From NCBI RefSeq assembly GCF_000014265.1, contig NC_008312.1:2160001-2192000 (forward strand): a stretch of DNA of 32,000 bases, given 5' to 3'. Position 1 is the stretch's first letter; the number at the start of each line of letters is the position of its first letter. Shown piece by piece: positions 17,667 through 26,939 of this stretch. The DNA is from Trichodesmium erythraeum IMS101. GTDB lineage: Bacteria; Cyanobacteriota; Cyanobacteriia; Cyanobacteriales; Microcoleaceae. The position numbers and the translations under genes are program-made. A model generated the notes under the pieces. That model saw nothing but the letters and a program-made list of their open reading frames with translations, was not told where the DNA came from and made no database searches.

Positions 17667-19061
17667 TTAATGCAAATAATTTGATATTATATACTGCTTC
17701 AGCACAGCTAAAACAGCAAATAAATTATCTTGTTTTGTTACTAAACAACGTCTTTTTAATGATTGTATTCCTTTCCATAAATCTGAGTGTAAAAGTGGAA
17801 AGTCTGGGGAAGTATTATAAATATCTACTGCTGTTTCTTGACTTGCCATCCATAATATTACTTGCTTTTCTAGCTCTGACAAACGCTGAAAATATTTGTC
17901 TAATATCGGTTCTAAATCTCCTAAATATATACTAGGGCAAGATAAAATTTGAGCTATATTTCCATTAAATAAATCTTCGACCGCATCAGCAATAATATTT
18001 AACCACAAAGGATTTCCGCTATAGAGATTAATCAACTCTAAGGATTGCTCTTCATCTGTTAAGTTTATATCTTTTAAAATTGCTACTGCTGACTTTCCTA
18101 AACCATCAATTTTTAAAGTCTGACAATGATTATTAGTTGATATTATTTTTGGTTTTTCTTGACTCAGAAGTAACAAACAACTTTGATGAGATAATGTAGC
18201 TATTTGTTGGAAAAATTTACCATAATTTTCATGTTCTTGCAGATAAGTACCAGCTAGTTTTCCACTAGCAAAAATTTCTTGTAAATTATCAAAAATAAGT
18301 AAACAACGATATTTCCGGAGGTAATCTATTAATTGATTGTTGATGGTTTGAGACTTAGAAATTTTTTCTTTTTTTTGGGATGTAAAATCTGTTTGAGATA
18401 AAAATTTAAGAATGTTTATTTGTAGAGATTCACAGGAGGAGTAGTTGTCAATATTGCGCCAGATTATATAATCAAATTTATTTTTTATTTGTGCAATTAA
18501 TTCTACAGTGAGAGTACTTTTGCCGATGCCAGTTAATCCTAATATGGTGATGATGCGGCTGTGATTTTGTAGTATCAATTGTTTGAGGGTGGTAACTTCG
18601 GAGTGGCGATCGCACAGGGGATATAAATCAGGAGCTTCAGATAAATCATAATAATTTTCTGGGTTAGTGTTGTCTTGGTTTTGGTCAATGAGAGTGGGGG
18701 AAGATTTGTTTTTAGGGGTGGGAGATTGTTTGTTTTCTCCACAGATATTTATATGATTACTATTAATATTTACGCAGTCATCACCTGTATTTGAAATATG
18801 TGAAAAGTGGATTTTTTCTAATATGGAACGAGCATTAGATTTTTTGATATTTTTTCCTAAAATATCCGAAAGAAGTTTCCATAATTTTGTACCTACCTGT
18901 TTGATATGGTCGGGATGACGTTGACAATCATCTGCTATTTGGGGGTATTTTTTACCATTTAAAGTACCTTTTAATACTTCCTTTTGTAGAGAGGTTAAAT
19001 GTTCTCTAGTTTTGGTGAATATTAAATTGTCTGCTAATTCTACTAATGTGTCAATGTCCAT
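17667..19061 (-). CDS. NB-ARC/STAND ATPase with an N-terminal HTH-like domain and no C-terminal sensor repeats
   Basis: 464-aa ORF. The N-terminus (LTSLQKEVLKGTLNGKKYPQIADDCQ...IKQVGTKLWKLLSDILGKNIKKSNARSILEKI) is the HTH-like module common at the start of cyanobacterial STAND/WD40 proteins. Walker A is ITILGLTGIGKSTL, Walker B is RCLLIFDNLQ, and the GxP motif is YSGNPLWLNIIA. A winged-helix-like tail (LSELEKQVILWMA) follows. The stop lies 31 nt from the IS630 relic end. Confidence 0.85.
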   Translation of the reverse strand: MDIDTLVELADNLIFTKTREHLTSLQKEVLKGTLNGKKYPQIADDCQRHPDHIKQVGTKLWKLLSDILGKNIKKSNARSILEKIHFSHISNTGDDCVNINSNHINICGENKQSPTPKNKSSPTLIDQNQDNTNPENYYDLSEAPDLYPLCDRHSEVTTLKQLILQNHSRIITILGLTGIGKSTLTVELIAQIKNKFDYIIWRNIDNYSSCESLQINILKFLSQTDFTSQKKEKISKSQTINNQLIDYLRKYRCLLIFDNLQEIFASGKLAGTYLQEHENYGKFFQQIATLSHQSCLLLLSQEKPKIISTNNHCQTLKIDGLGKSAVAILKDINLTDEEQSLELINLYSGNPLWLNIIADAVEDLFNGNIAQILSCPSIYLGDLEPILDKYFQRLSELEKQVILWMASQETAVDIYNTSPDFPLLHSDLWKGIQSLKRRCLVTKQDNLFAVLAVLKQYIISNYLH

Positions 19062-19156
19062 AGCTACAGGTAGATTGGTAGTTTAGTTATGCCTCGTATG
19101 ACTTTATCACACTTTTTATCACTGGAAAAATTAAATAGCACTTTTTAACAATAAAT

Positions 19157-19195
19157 TAGTTATAAAAAATAGTTATAAAAAATAGTTATAAAAAA
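19157..19195. repeat. 3 x 13-bp perfect tandem repeat TAGTTATAAAAAA
   Basis: Read directly at 19157-19169, 19170-19182 and 19183-19195, about 100 nt upstream of the NB-ARC start codon. Confidence 0.85.
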
Positions 19196-19544
19196 AATTA
19201 TTTTTTTTCACTAATTCACATTTTTTTAAGTTAGCAAAACAGAGATGTATGTGACTTAATAGAAAATATTATAACCAAATGCTTTACTACCTCATCTCCC
19301 AACTATTCAAAAAGAGCGATCGCAACATTCATATAACAAACCAATTCACAAATGTAACCTCCAAAAAATCCTGATAATTTGACAAATTATTCATTACTAG
19401 AATCAAACCATTAACTTTAGCAACTGCTGAATTTTACCATCAGCAAAAGAAAGCGTTTTACCACTATCTAGCTCTTTCAAGTCCTACAAACACTATATAA
19501 CTTGATATCTTAATATTTTGCATAAGTCTAATTTAATATGAAAT

Positions 19545-21449
19545 CTATAATTTTGACTTCCCATCTCTTTTCCCTGAATTCAAAATCTTCACAGTAGCTC
19601 CATCATTCAACTTCTGTAAACCCGAAACAATCAAATTATCCCCAGGCTCTAAACCAGACATTACCTCAGTCATATCACCCTTAACCAAACCCAACTCAAT
19701 TATTTGACGCCTTGCCTTTTGCTCTTCACCTTCTCCCTCCAACAAATACACAAACCGTGTTTCCCCTTCAAAACCCACTGCTGTCATCGGCACAACTACA
19801 GCTTGACGCTGCTCCCAAATCACATTAGTTTGCACAAACTGACCGTCTTGTAACTTTCCAGAACTATTATCCACATCTACCTTAACCAAAACAGTTTGAG
19901 AATCACTAACAGTAGGAGAAATAAAACTAACCTTACCCATTCCCAAAACCTTACCTTCAGGACTCCTAACCTCCACAGGTAAACCCAACCACAAATCTCC
20001 TAGTCGCTCTAACGGAATTAGTAAATTTACACTCAATACCTGATTTGCCGTCACAGTAGTCATAATGTCACCATCATTAACAAAATCCCCAATCTTCACA
20101 ATCATATCTCCAATCACACCTGCAAAAGGAGCTACAACTACTGTCTCCTCAAACTCAGCCTGCCAACTATCTACCTCTGCTAATGCTGCTGCTACCTCTG
20201 CCAAGCCCTCAGCAATTTCTTCAGGGCGAGTGCCATTTTGCAACTCTTCTAAATTACTACGAGCCTCCGCTACCTCCGCCTCTGCCCTAGCAATTTCTTC
20301 AAGGCGAGTGCCATTTTGCAACTCCTCTAAATTATTGCGAGCCTCCCCTACCTCCGCCTCTACCCTAGTAATTTCTTCAGGGCGAGTACCATTTTTTAGC
20401 CTTCTCAATATCTGGCGTTGTTGTTCTACCGCTGCTTCTAATGTTTGAATTGTAGATTCTCTATTTCTTTGCAATTGCGTCACTCGTCTTTTTGCTTCTT
20501 CTACCCTTGCCTGAGCTGCTTTCTCTTCTTGAAAAATTTCCTGAAAAGTTAACTCAGCGATCGCTCCTTCTGCTCTTAAGTTTTGGTTTCGCTTGACTTG
20601 TTCACTAGCTAATTCTAATTCTGCCTGTTGTACTTTTATTTGCGCTTTTGCTTGGGCAATTTCTTCTAAAAGACCACCGGATCTAGCATTTTCTAATCGT
20701 ACTTTTGCCTCTTGTAATTCTGCTTTTGCTTGAGCAATCTCTTCATCACGAGTACCCGCCCGCAGTTCAGCTAACCTAGCCTGAGATTGCTGGAGACGGG
20801 CTCTGGCTGCTGCAATTTTTTCTGGTCGCGTGCCTCTTTTCATTTCAGCCAACCTAGCCTGAGATTGTTGGAGACGGGCTCTAGCTGCTGCAATTTTTTC
20901 TGGTCTTGCTCCTATTCTCAGTTGTGCTAAACGTGCTTCACTTTGTTGGAGGTTAGCTTTGGCTCTCTTTAAGTTGGCTTCCACATTATCACTTTTGAGT
21001 TTAGCGATCGCCTGCCCTTCAGAGACAAAAGTTCCTTCCTTTACTAAAATTTCTACCACCCTACCATCTATTTCTGGCTTAATTTTAATAGACCGCGTTG
21101 CCTCCATCGTTCCCACAAATTCTGAAGTTTCTTGGAGGGAGATAGTTTTTATTGGCATTACTTTAACCAGAGTACTTCTTCGTCTACTTGGCGGTACTGC
21201 TGATGTTTCGTTTGGTGTTTTATTGCTATGAGATTGCCACCATTGTCCTCCCACGAATCCTACTCCGAGAGTTGTAGTAATTATTGTTGCCAAAAGTAGA
21301 ACAGAAAAATTCTTTTTGTCAGATCGATACCATTGAGGAATCGTATTTTTTTCCTCTTGATATAATTCTGTTTTAGTATTTTCTTGTAAATTTTCTATGG
21401 ATCTAAGTTTTTCTTGAACAGCTGAATTTGATGAATTATGAGTTAGCAT
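19545..21449 (-). CDS. HlyD/MFP-family periplasmic adaptor subunit with an expanded coiled-coil hairpin
   Basis: 634-aa ORF with an N-terminal TM segment (FSVLLLATIITTTLGVGFVGG) and a lipoyl-like IKPEIDGRVVEILVKEGTFVSEGQAIAKL. The C-terminal beta-barrel/MP region reads VVVAPFAGVIGDMIVKIGDFV ... . The central region contains about 7 copies of a 26-aa unit (G-T-R-P-E-E-I-A-x-A-x-A-x-L...), encoded by 78-bp repeats. Confidence 0.85.
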   Translation of the reverse strand: MLTHNSSNSAVQEKLRSIENLQENTKTELYQEEKNTIPQWYRSDKKNFSVLLLATIITTTLGVGFVGGQWWQSHSNKTPNETSAVPPSRRRSTLVKVMPIKTISLQETSEFVGTMEATRSIKIKPEIDGRVVEILVKEGTFVSEGQAIAKLKSDNVEANLKRAKANLQQSEARLAQLRIGARPEKIAAARARLQQSQARLAEMKRGTRPEKIAAARARLQQSQARLAELRAGTRDEEIAQAKAELQEAKVRLENARSGGLLEEIAQAKAQIKVQQAELELASEQVKRNQNLRAEGAIAELTFQEIFQEEKAAQARVEEAKRRVTQLQRNRESTIQTLEAAVEQQRQILRRLKNGTRPEEITRVEAEVGEARNNLEELQNGTRLEEIARAEAEVAEARSNLEELQNGTRPEEIAEGLAEVAAALAEVDSWQAEFEETVVVAPFAGVIGDMIVKIGDFVNDGDIMTTVTANQVLSVNLLIPLERLGDLWLGLPVEVRSPEGKVLGMGKVSFISPTVSDSQTVLVKVDVDNSSGKLQDGQFVQTNVIWEQRQAVVVPMTAVGFEGETRFVYLLEGEGEEQKARRQIIELGLVKGDMTEVMSGLEPGDNLIVSGLQKLNDGATVKILNSGKRDGKSKL

Positions 21450-21909
21450 TTTTTATTTTATTTTGATTTTTTTTAATAATTATTTAGCCAATTAATATTA
21501 GAGTAAAAATGCATTTTTTTCTACTTTCTTAGATGAAAATTTATCATTTATCGCTCTTTCCTAGCCTATTTTATTTGTAAACTTAGGGATTTATTGAGTT
21601 TAATTTTAACTGCAAAAAAGAGGGAGTATGATATGGGGGAAAAGAATTGATAAATAAAAGTAGGATCATTAATTCGATTTTTTATGATCGGAGATGTCTA
21701 CTTCCAAAACCAAGTTTCAGTAGTAGTTACTGATAACTGAAACAGTGATTACTTCATTTTTTACTTATCTGATATATATGGCCAAATAAATATATTAAGA
21801 AATATTAACTTATATTATAAACAAAGTTCTCAGGTTTTATAGTTAAACAATGAATTTGTAAAAAAATTGTCTAAAGTCTAAAAAGTATAACGTTATAGTT
21901 ATAACCGTT

Positions 21910-22204
21910 TTATATCCGAGTAGAACAGAAGCAGCATTTTTACTTAATATCTCAACAGGCAGATTACAATTGCTATTGAATCAAAAGTGAGTCATCCGTG
22001 GGAAAAAAGTTGGCCGACTTTGGGATAATGCCACTCAACGATCGGGGAATACCAGAAATTACACCTGGTCGTCGCGGCCCTGAAGGTACTTGGAACAAAA
22101 ATAATCGTACAGGAAATACTTTTATCAAAAATTTGGGAGAAGACCCGCAATTTTCCGCAGGGGAGTATCGGAATGGATACCAATCAATCTTAGAGTCTCT
22201 TTAA
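21910..22204 (+). pseudogene. Frameshifted excisionase/MerR-like HTH gene remnant
   Basis: Frame A reads ...TEAAFLLNISTGRLQLLLNQK*VIRGKKVGRLW, with an in-frame TGA at 21988-21990 and no canonical start. Homology continues in another frame as IMPLNDRGIPEITPGRRGPEGTW (the tracked ORF 21998..22204). The pattern matches small cyanobacterial HTH proteins that I recall, and is unverified. Confidence 0.3.
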
Positions 22205-22379
22205 AAAGTATGAGAGAGAGTAAAAAAGCTCACATGGGGTAAAGTATGGTTAAGAGAATATACATATAAGAATGAGGAACGTATTAGGGAGTAGCAAAAA
22301 AATAGCTTACCAGTTAGATAGGTCCAATAGTAATAGCCCATTTAGGCAAACATTCATTTAGAAATTATTTAAGTCCTGA

Positions 22380-22789
22380 CTTCAAAACAAATACTAAACT
22401 TTGACTCCCATATATTTTGATTAGTTTCGGTAAATCCTGATAATACTTTATCCATTATAATCTAATACTTTGCGCGATAACATACTTCTTTTTTTTCTGG
22501 TTATTTTCATCTTTTTGATAGCCTTAAAAATTACAGTTATACTTACAGCTAATTTTTCAGCTGTGTGTTTTAATACAGCCTCAGAATTTTCTTGTTAATC
22601 TATTGATAATTCTCTTATATCTAGCGCTTGATGACGATATTTTACCTTTGTTGCTGCTAGTTCATTTCTCTTAAACAATCTGTAGATTTACCCTTTTCCT
22701 ATTCCAAAAACTTGCACCACTTTGGCGATTCTACTAGCATTTTCTATTATTACTATTACTCTTTGTTTTAAATCTAAACCATAAGCCAT
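22380..22789 (-). pseudogene. IS630-family transposase N-terminal fragment
   Basis: The minus-strand reading from ATG at 22789 gives MAYGLDLKQRVIVIIENASRIAKVVQVFGIGKGK..., then shifted frames give AIKKMKITRKKKKY and ...YQDLPKLIKIYGSQSLVFV. The DDE catalytic part is absent and there are many stops. Confidence 0.5.
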
Positions 22790-23388
22790 GATTTCTACTC
22801 CTATACTTTCTCTGTTCAATCTTATACTCTTTTTGTTTTATTCTTAAGTTAAATGATCATATCTGCTACCACCAAATACAGTCATATTTACTTATAAACT
22901 CCAATTTAAACCAGCAATTTTAGGAATTGCACCAAACCAATTTTTTTGAACAAAAACAATCCATTTTTGTTATCTTTAATGCATTTTGAATAGATTATTT
23001 TAAGAGCTAATTACCGACCCTTATATCCTTTTTTTTGTGATATCAATCTAACAAGTAATCAATTCCAATTACCCTAGGTTATAAATCATAAATTCGTTTA
23101 AATAAACTAGCTAAATAACCTCACATCATAGGATTAGGTTCAGATTTTTTTGCTTTTATAATTGACTCATTATCTATTTTTACTAATAACACAGGTCGAA
23201 TATTATTTGTTAAATTTTGATGAGTATATTGACGATAAATAGCTTGTACCAAAAAACCGCCTGTCTGACAAAAATTTCTGCGCCGATAACTGCCAACTAA
23301 TTCCTATTCACACTACTAAAGTAGCAACTTATTTCCAATTAGGAACCAGTTTTTTTAAACTCTTATTTCTTAAACTTGCTAACTGCTA

Positions 23389-25057
23389 CTATACGCAATC
23401 TTGATTAACAATTTTCTGATATTTTTTATTAAAAATAACTAACTTATCTCGTTTTTTAATAACTATCATTGACAACCTAAAATTCATTTGTATGGTGCCA
23501 TTATTAACTTTAATTTCTACCTGTAATAATTTTTTTTGATATGGCCTAAATAATTGATGTGCGAGTAGAATTTTACTGAGTAAATAATGGCGAGTATATT
23601 TTAAATGAGTAGACTGATTTTTATCCTTCCAATCTGTCAAAATATGTTATTTTATCAAACTATCAATATCTAGTTGATTAGTACCTAAAAAATCAATAAT
23701 AATTTTACAAATTTTTTGACTTAAAAAAGGTTGATTACCACTCCTATCAAAAACTTTTTATCAAACAGCTTCTAGTTCATCAACCACTCCTTTTAAAACC
23801 TCAGTTAATTTTTTTCATCTTTAAAAGTTAACTGTCTTAATTCAATCCCATTATTAATATTAAAAGGAGTCTGTTTGCTATCTATAACCAAATCTTCTGG
23901 AGTTGCTGCTCCAAAAAAACAAAAACTAACCATTGTAATTAATTTTATAGCTTCTAATTGATGTAATTCAATATTTTTATTTGGTAAACTTAAAGGTGAA
24001 ATAGCTTTTAATATTTGACTAAAAACTGCTTTAATATTTTTCTGATTAGACAAATTTTTAAATGTGCACTTAAATGTTGTTGATAGATTCCACTTTCAGT
24101 AGTAGTAGTATATTTTAATAGCTCTTCAATTGTTAATTCATCCTCCAACATTTTATACAATTCTAATCTGATTAAATAGGGATGACCTCTTATTATAGAC
24201 ATCAAAGAAACTACTACTGTTATTGGTAATTTATATAAATCTGCTAACTTAGTGACTTGCTCTGGTATAAATTCTTTTAATTCTATAGGTAAACCAACAT
24301 TAAAAGGAGAAAGATGAATATCTAATTTGCCATAATATTCTGTAGAATAAGCAATTACCATTCGTAAATTTTCCAAAATTTCTTTATGGTTGCTCGCCTC
24401 ATACCAACTTTTTAATATGAGAAAAAAGTCTCTAGATATTTCTGGATAGTTAAAAATTTTATCGACTTCATCTAAGATTAAAACTACTACTTTATCTTAA
24501 TGATATAAGAGATCCTCAATTTTTTCAGTTCAAGATATTTTACCATTTTTGTCGTCCCATCTATTCCTGTTAGGAGCATCAGGAAACTGACGTTTAATAT
24601 TTTTACTGAATGCTTTAATAAAATTATTAATATTTTTAATATTTTCTAGTTCAATTAGTTTGTCAAATCTGAGATAAATAGATTTATATTTATTTTTAAT
24701 TGCATGAGCTTCTATCTGCGTTAATAGAGAATTTATACCCATTTGTTTTGGCATTTTAATTTTGATTAAACAATCAGGAACTTCTATATTTTTATAGTAT
24801 TTTTCTTCGATATAACATTTTCTAATTCGATAACTTTCTATATAAAAAGCAGAATCTAGTTTTTCTTGTCTACCAGGAATTACAATTTTGCGAGCACTAG
24901 AAAAATATTTATCTTTCAACTTCTGACAAACTAAGTAGGGTTGATATTTATTGAATATTTCTACTAAAAAATCTTGAGACTATTGAGCATAACTATAGTT
25001 TTTTGAAAAACCAAATTTAACAGCGATCGCCTTTAATTTTTTACTGATATTTGTCAT
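23389..25057 (-). pseudogene. One or two decayed AAA_35-like (PF14516-type) conflict-system NTPase genes
   Basis: The collinear minus-strand fragments are as follows. The P-loop region is IKIKMPKQMGINSLL (24530..24919). Next come SPFNVGLPIELKEF...IIRGHPYLIRLELYKM...ESGIYQQHLSAHL (24008..24376) and FFGAATPEDLVIDSKQTPFNINNGIELRQLTF (23805..24053). The last two are GNQPFLSQKICKII (~23700) and TDWKDKNQSTHLKYTRHYLL (23389..23640). Stops and frameshifts separate them. Confidence 0.5.
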
Positions 25058-25121
25058 CTACTAATTCATATAATCAGATTTTTTTTGTTTTGATAACCAG
25101 CCAAAAATAACTTTAGTACTT

Positions 25122-25939
25122 ATGACTCATTATCTGTTAATTAATAGTATAAAAATATGTTAAAATACTTCTTTATTAATATTTTTTATATCTAAATATA
25201 ACACTGGTATTTTGCCTTTTTCTGAGATGATATTAATAGCTTAGTGGCACAAGAATTTTGCTTATTAATATATTTTTAGTATTTGGGGAATAGAGAGAAA
25301 CAGAAAAGGGATGCAGTAGAAAATTACAATAATTATTGTATAGATGTTTAGATGAATATTCAAAACGTGAATTATATTTTCACCTATCTTCTGGCTTAAT
25401 ACTGAGGTGAAAAAAATGTCATATTTTTTCTAGGTTAATTCTCAGGGGGAAAAAATATCACATTATTATTTTTCAATGGTAGAAACCGGATTTGTATTTA
25501 GACCCCTTACTATACTTACTTTTATTTCCAATGACTCATTATCTGTTAATTAATAGTATAAAAATATGTTAAAATACTTCTTTATTAATATTTTTTATAT
25601 CTAAATATAACACTGGTATTTTGCCTTTTTTTGAGATGATATTAATAGCTTAGTGGCACAAGAATTTTGCTTATTAATATATTTTTAGTATTTGGGGAAT
25701 AGAGAGAAACAGAAAAGGGATGCAGTAGAAAATTACAATAATTATTGTATAGATGTTTAGATGAATATTCAAAACGTGAATTATATTTTCACCTATCTTC
25801 TGGCTTAATACTGAGGTGAAAAAAATGTCATATTTTTTCTAGGTTAATTCTCAGGGGGAAAAAATATCACATTATTATTTTTCAATGGTAGAAACCGGAT
25901 TTGTATTTAGACCCCTTACTATACTTACTTTTCTTTCCA
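25122..25939. repeat. Tandem duplication, 2 x 409 bp, 2 mismatches
   Basis: Copy 1 is 25122-25530 and copy 2 is 25531-25939. The only differences I found are C/T in GCCTTTTT(C/T)TGAG and A/C in CTTTT(A/C)TTTCCA. The unit is AT-rich with no convincing ORF. Confidence 0.9.
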
Positions 25940-26149
25940 AGCAACCCGGTTTCTAATAAAATTGAAGGTGAAAGTTTACTTCACATTTTACCTATTCCCA
26001 AAAACCAAACTATGATTATTTGTAATGAAACAAATTCAAGAGAAAATCATTTTAATTTATCGGTTTTAGGAAACAACATAATTCAATTATCAAAAACAAA
26101 ATAATGCTCAAATTTAGAACCTTAATAGTTAACATTTTCCCTCAAGCAG

Positions 26150-26660
26150 CAAACCGATATGGAGAGGTAATTATTGTTTCATATATCTCTTTTTTGTTGA
26201 TTTTTTATTCCAGTTTTTACAATTTTTTCTTGATTTAATAAATTGCCAACTATTTGTCTAATTACTGCAAAATTTTCTAGAGCATTATTTGTTCTACTTC
26301 TAGAATTATCTTTTTGAAATTGAACATCCAGAACCCAGTTTAATTGATTTTAAATTCCCCAATAGCCACGAATAGCTTCAGCTAAAAGTTCAGAATTATT
26401 ATCTAAACTACTAATGTAATATCTTCGTATCCCTAGTAATTTTCCATCTTTTTGATAACGAAGATAATCCACAAAGCCAATTGACTTGATATTTTTTCAT
26501 TCCCCAAATGGGTCTACTTATTCAGCAATATTACTCACCATATAATAGTATAGATATTCCTGACAACCATGAGATAATTCTAGTTGACAATAATCACTTT
26601 GTGTCCTTTCTTTTCCTTCATTTTTAGATAATTTATTTAGCAATTTTTTTACCTTTTAAT
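26150..26660 (-). pseudogene. ISAs1-family transposase C-terminal fragment
   Basis: The minus-strand translation gives ELSHGCQEY..., then IKSIGFVDYLRYQKDGKLLGIRRYYISSLDNNSELLAEAIRGYWGI*NQLNWVLDVQFQKDNSRSRTNNALENFAVIRQIVGNLLN. This matches the ISAs1 consensus RYYISSL...AIR.HW.IEN.LHWVLDV.F.ED.SR. It contains stops and lacks an N-terminal half. Confidence 0.55.
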
Positions 26661-26939
26661 AAAAATAACCGTGATGTTTTTTGTATCTACTCAATATAAT
26701 GGGGTAGGTAATGATTGATCACTACCCTCACCACAAGAGCAATGGAGTGTATTGGGCGAATCACAAAAAAGAATAAAGGATAAAAAATAACGACAGTGGA
26801 ATACAGTTGGTGATCAAATATGAAATATGAGACAAGCATCTAGAAGTGTCAAAAATTAGTTACTCAGATTCTGCAAACAATCAACTCAAGGGTCATTGAA
26901 GACAAGTCTTTGTCTTAAAAAGTAGAGGTAATATTGAAT

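Noticed and set aside
17681-17935. 84-aa plus-strand ORF
   Set aside because: It is an antisense shadow inside the NB-ARC gene.
20065-21231. Plus-strand ORFs 20065..20448 and 20959..21231
   Set aside because: They lie antisense to the repetitive coiled-coil region of the HlyD-type gene. Their Ser/Ala-rich translations are typical of the reverse frame of Ala/Glu/Arg-rich coding sequence.
25901-26104. 67-aa plus-strand ORF starting in the tandem duplication
   Set aside because: It has a non-ATG start, begins in the last 39 nt of repeat copy 2, and shows no motif. It is most likely spurious.
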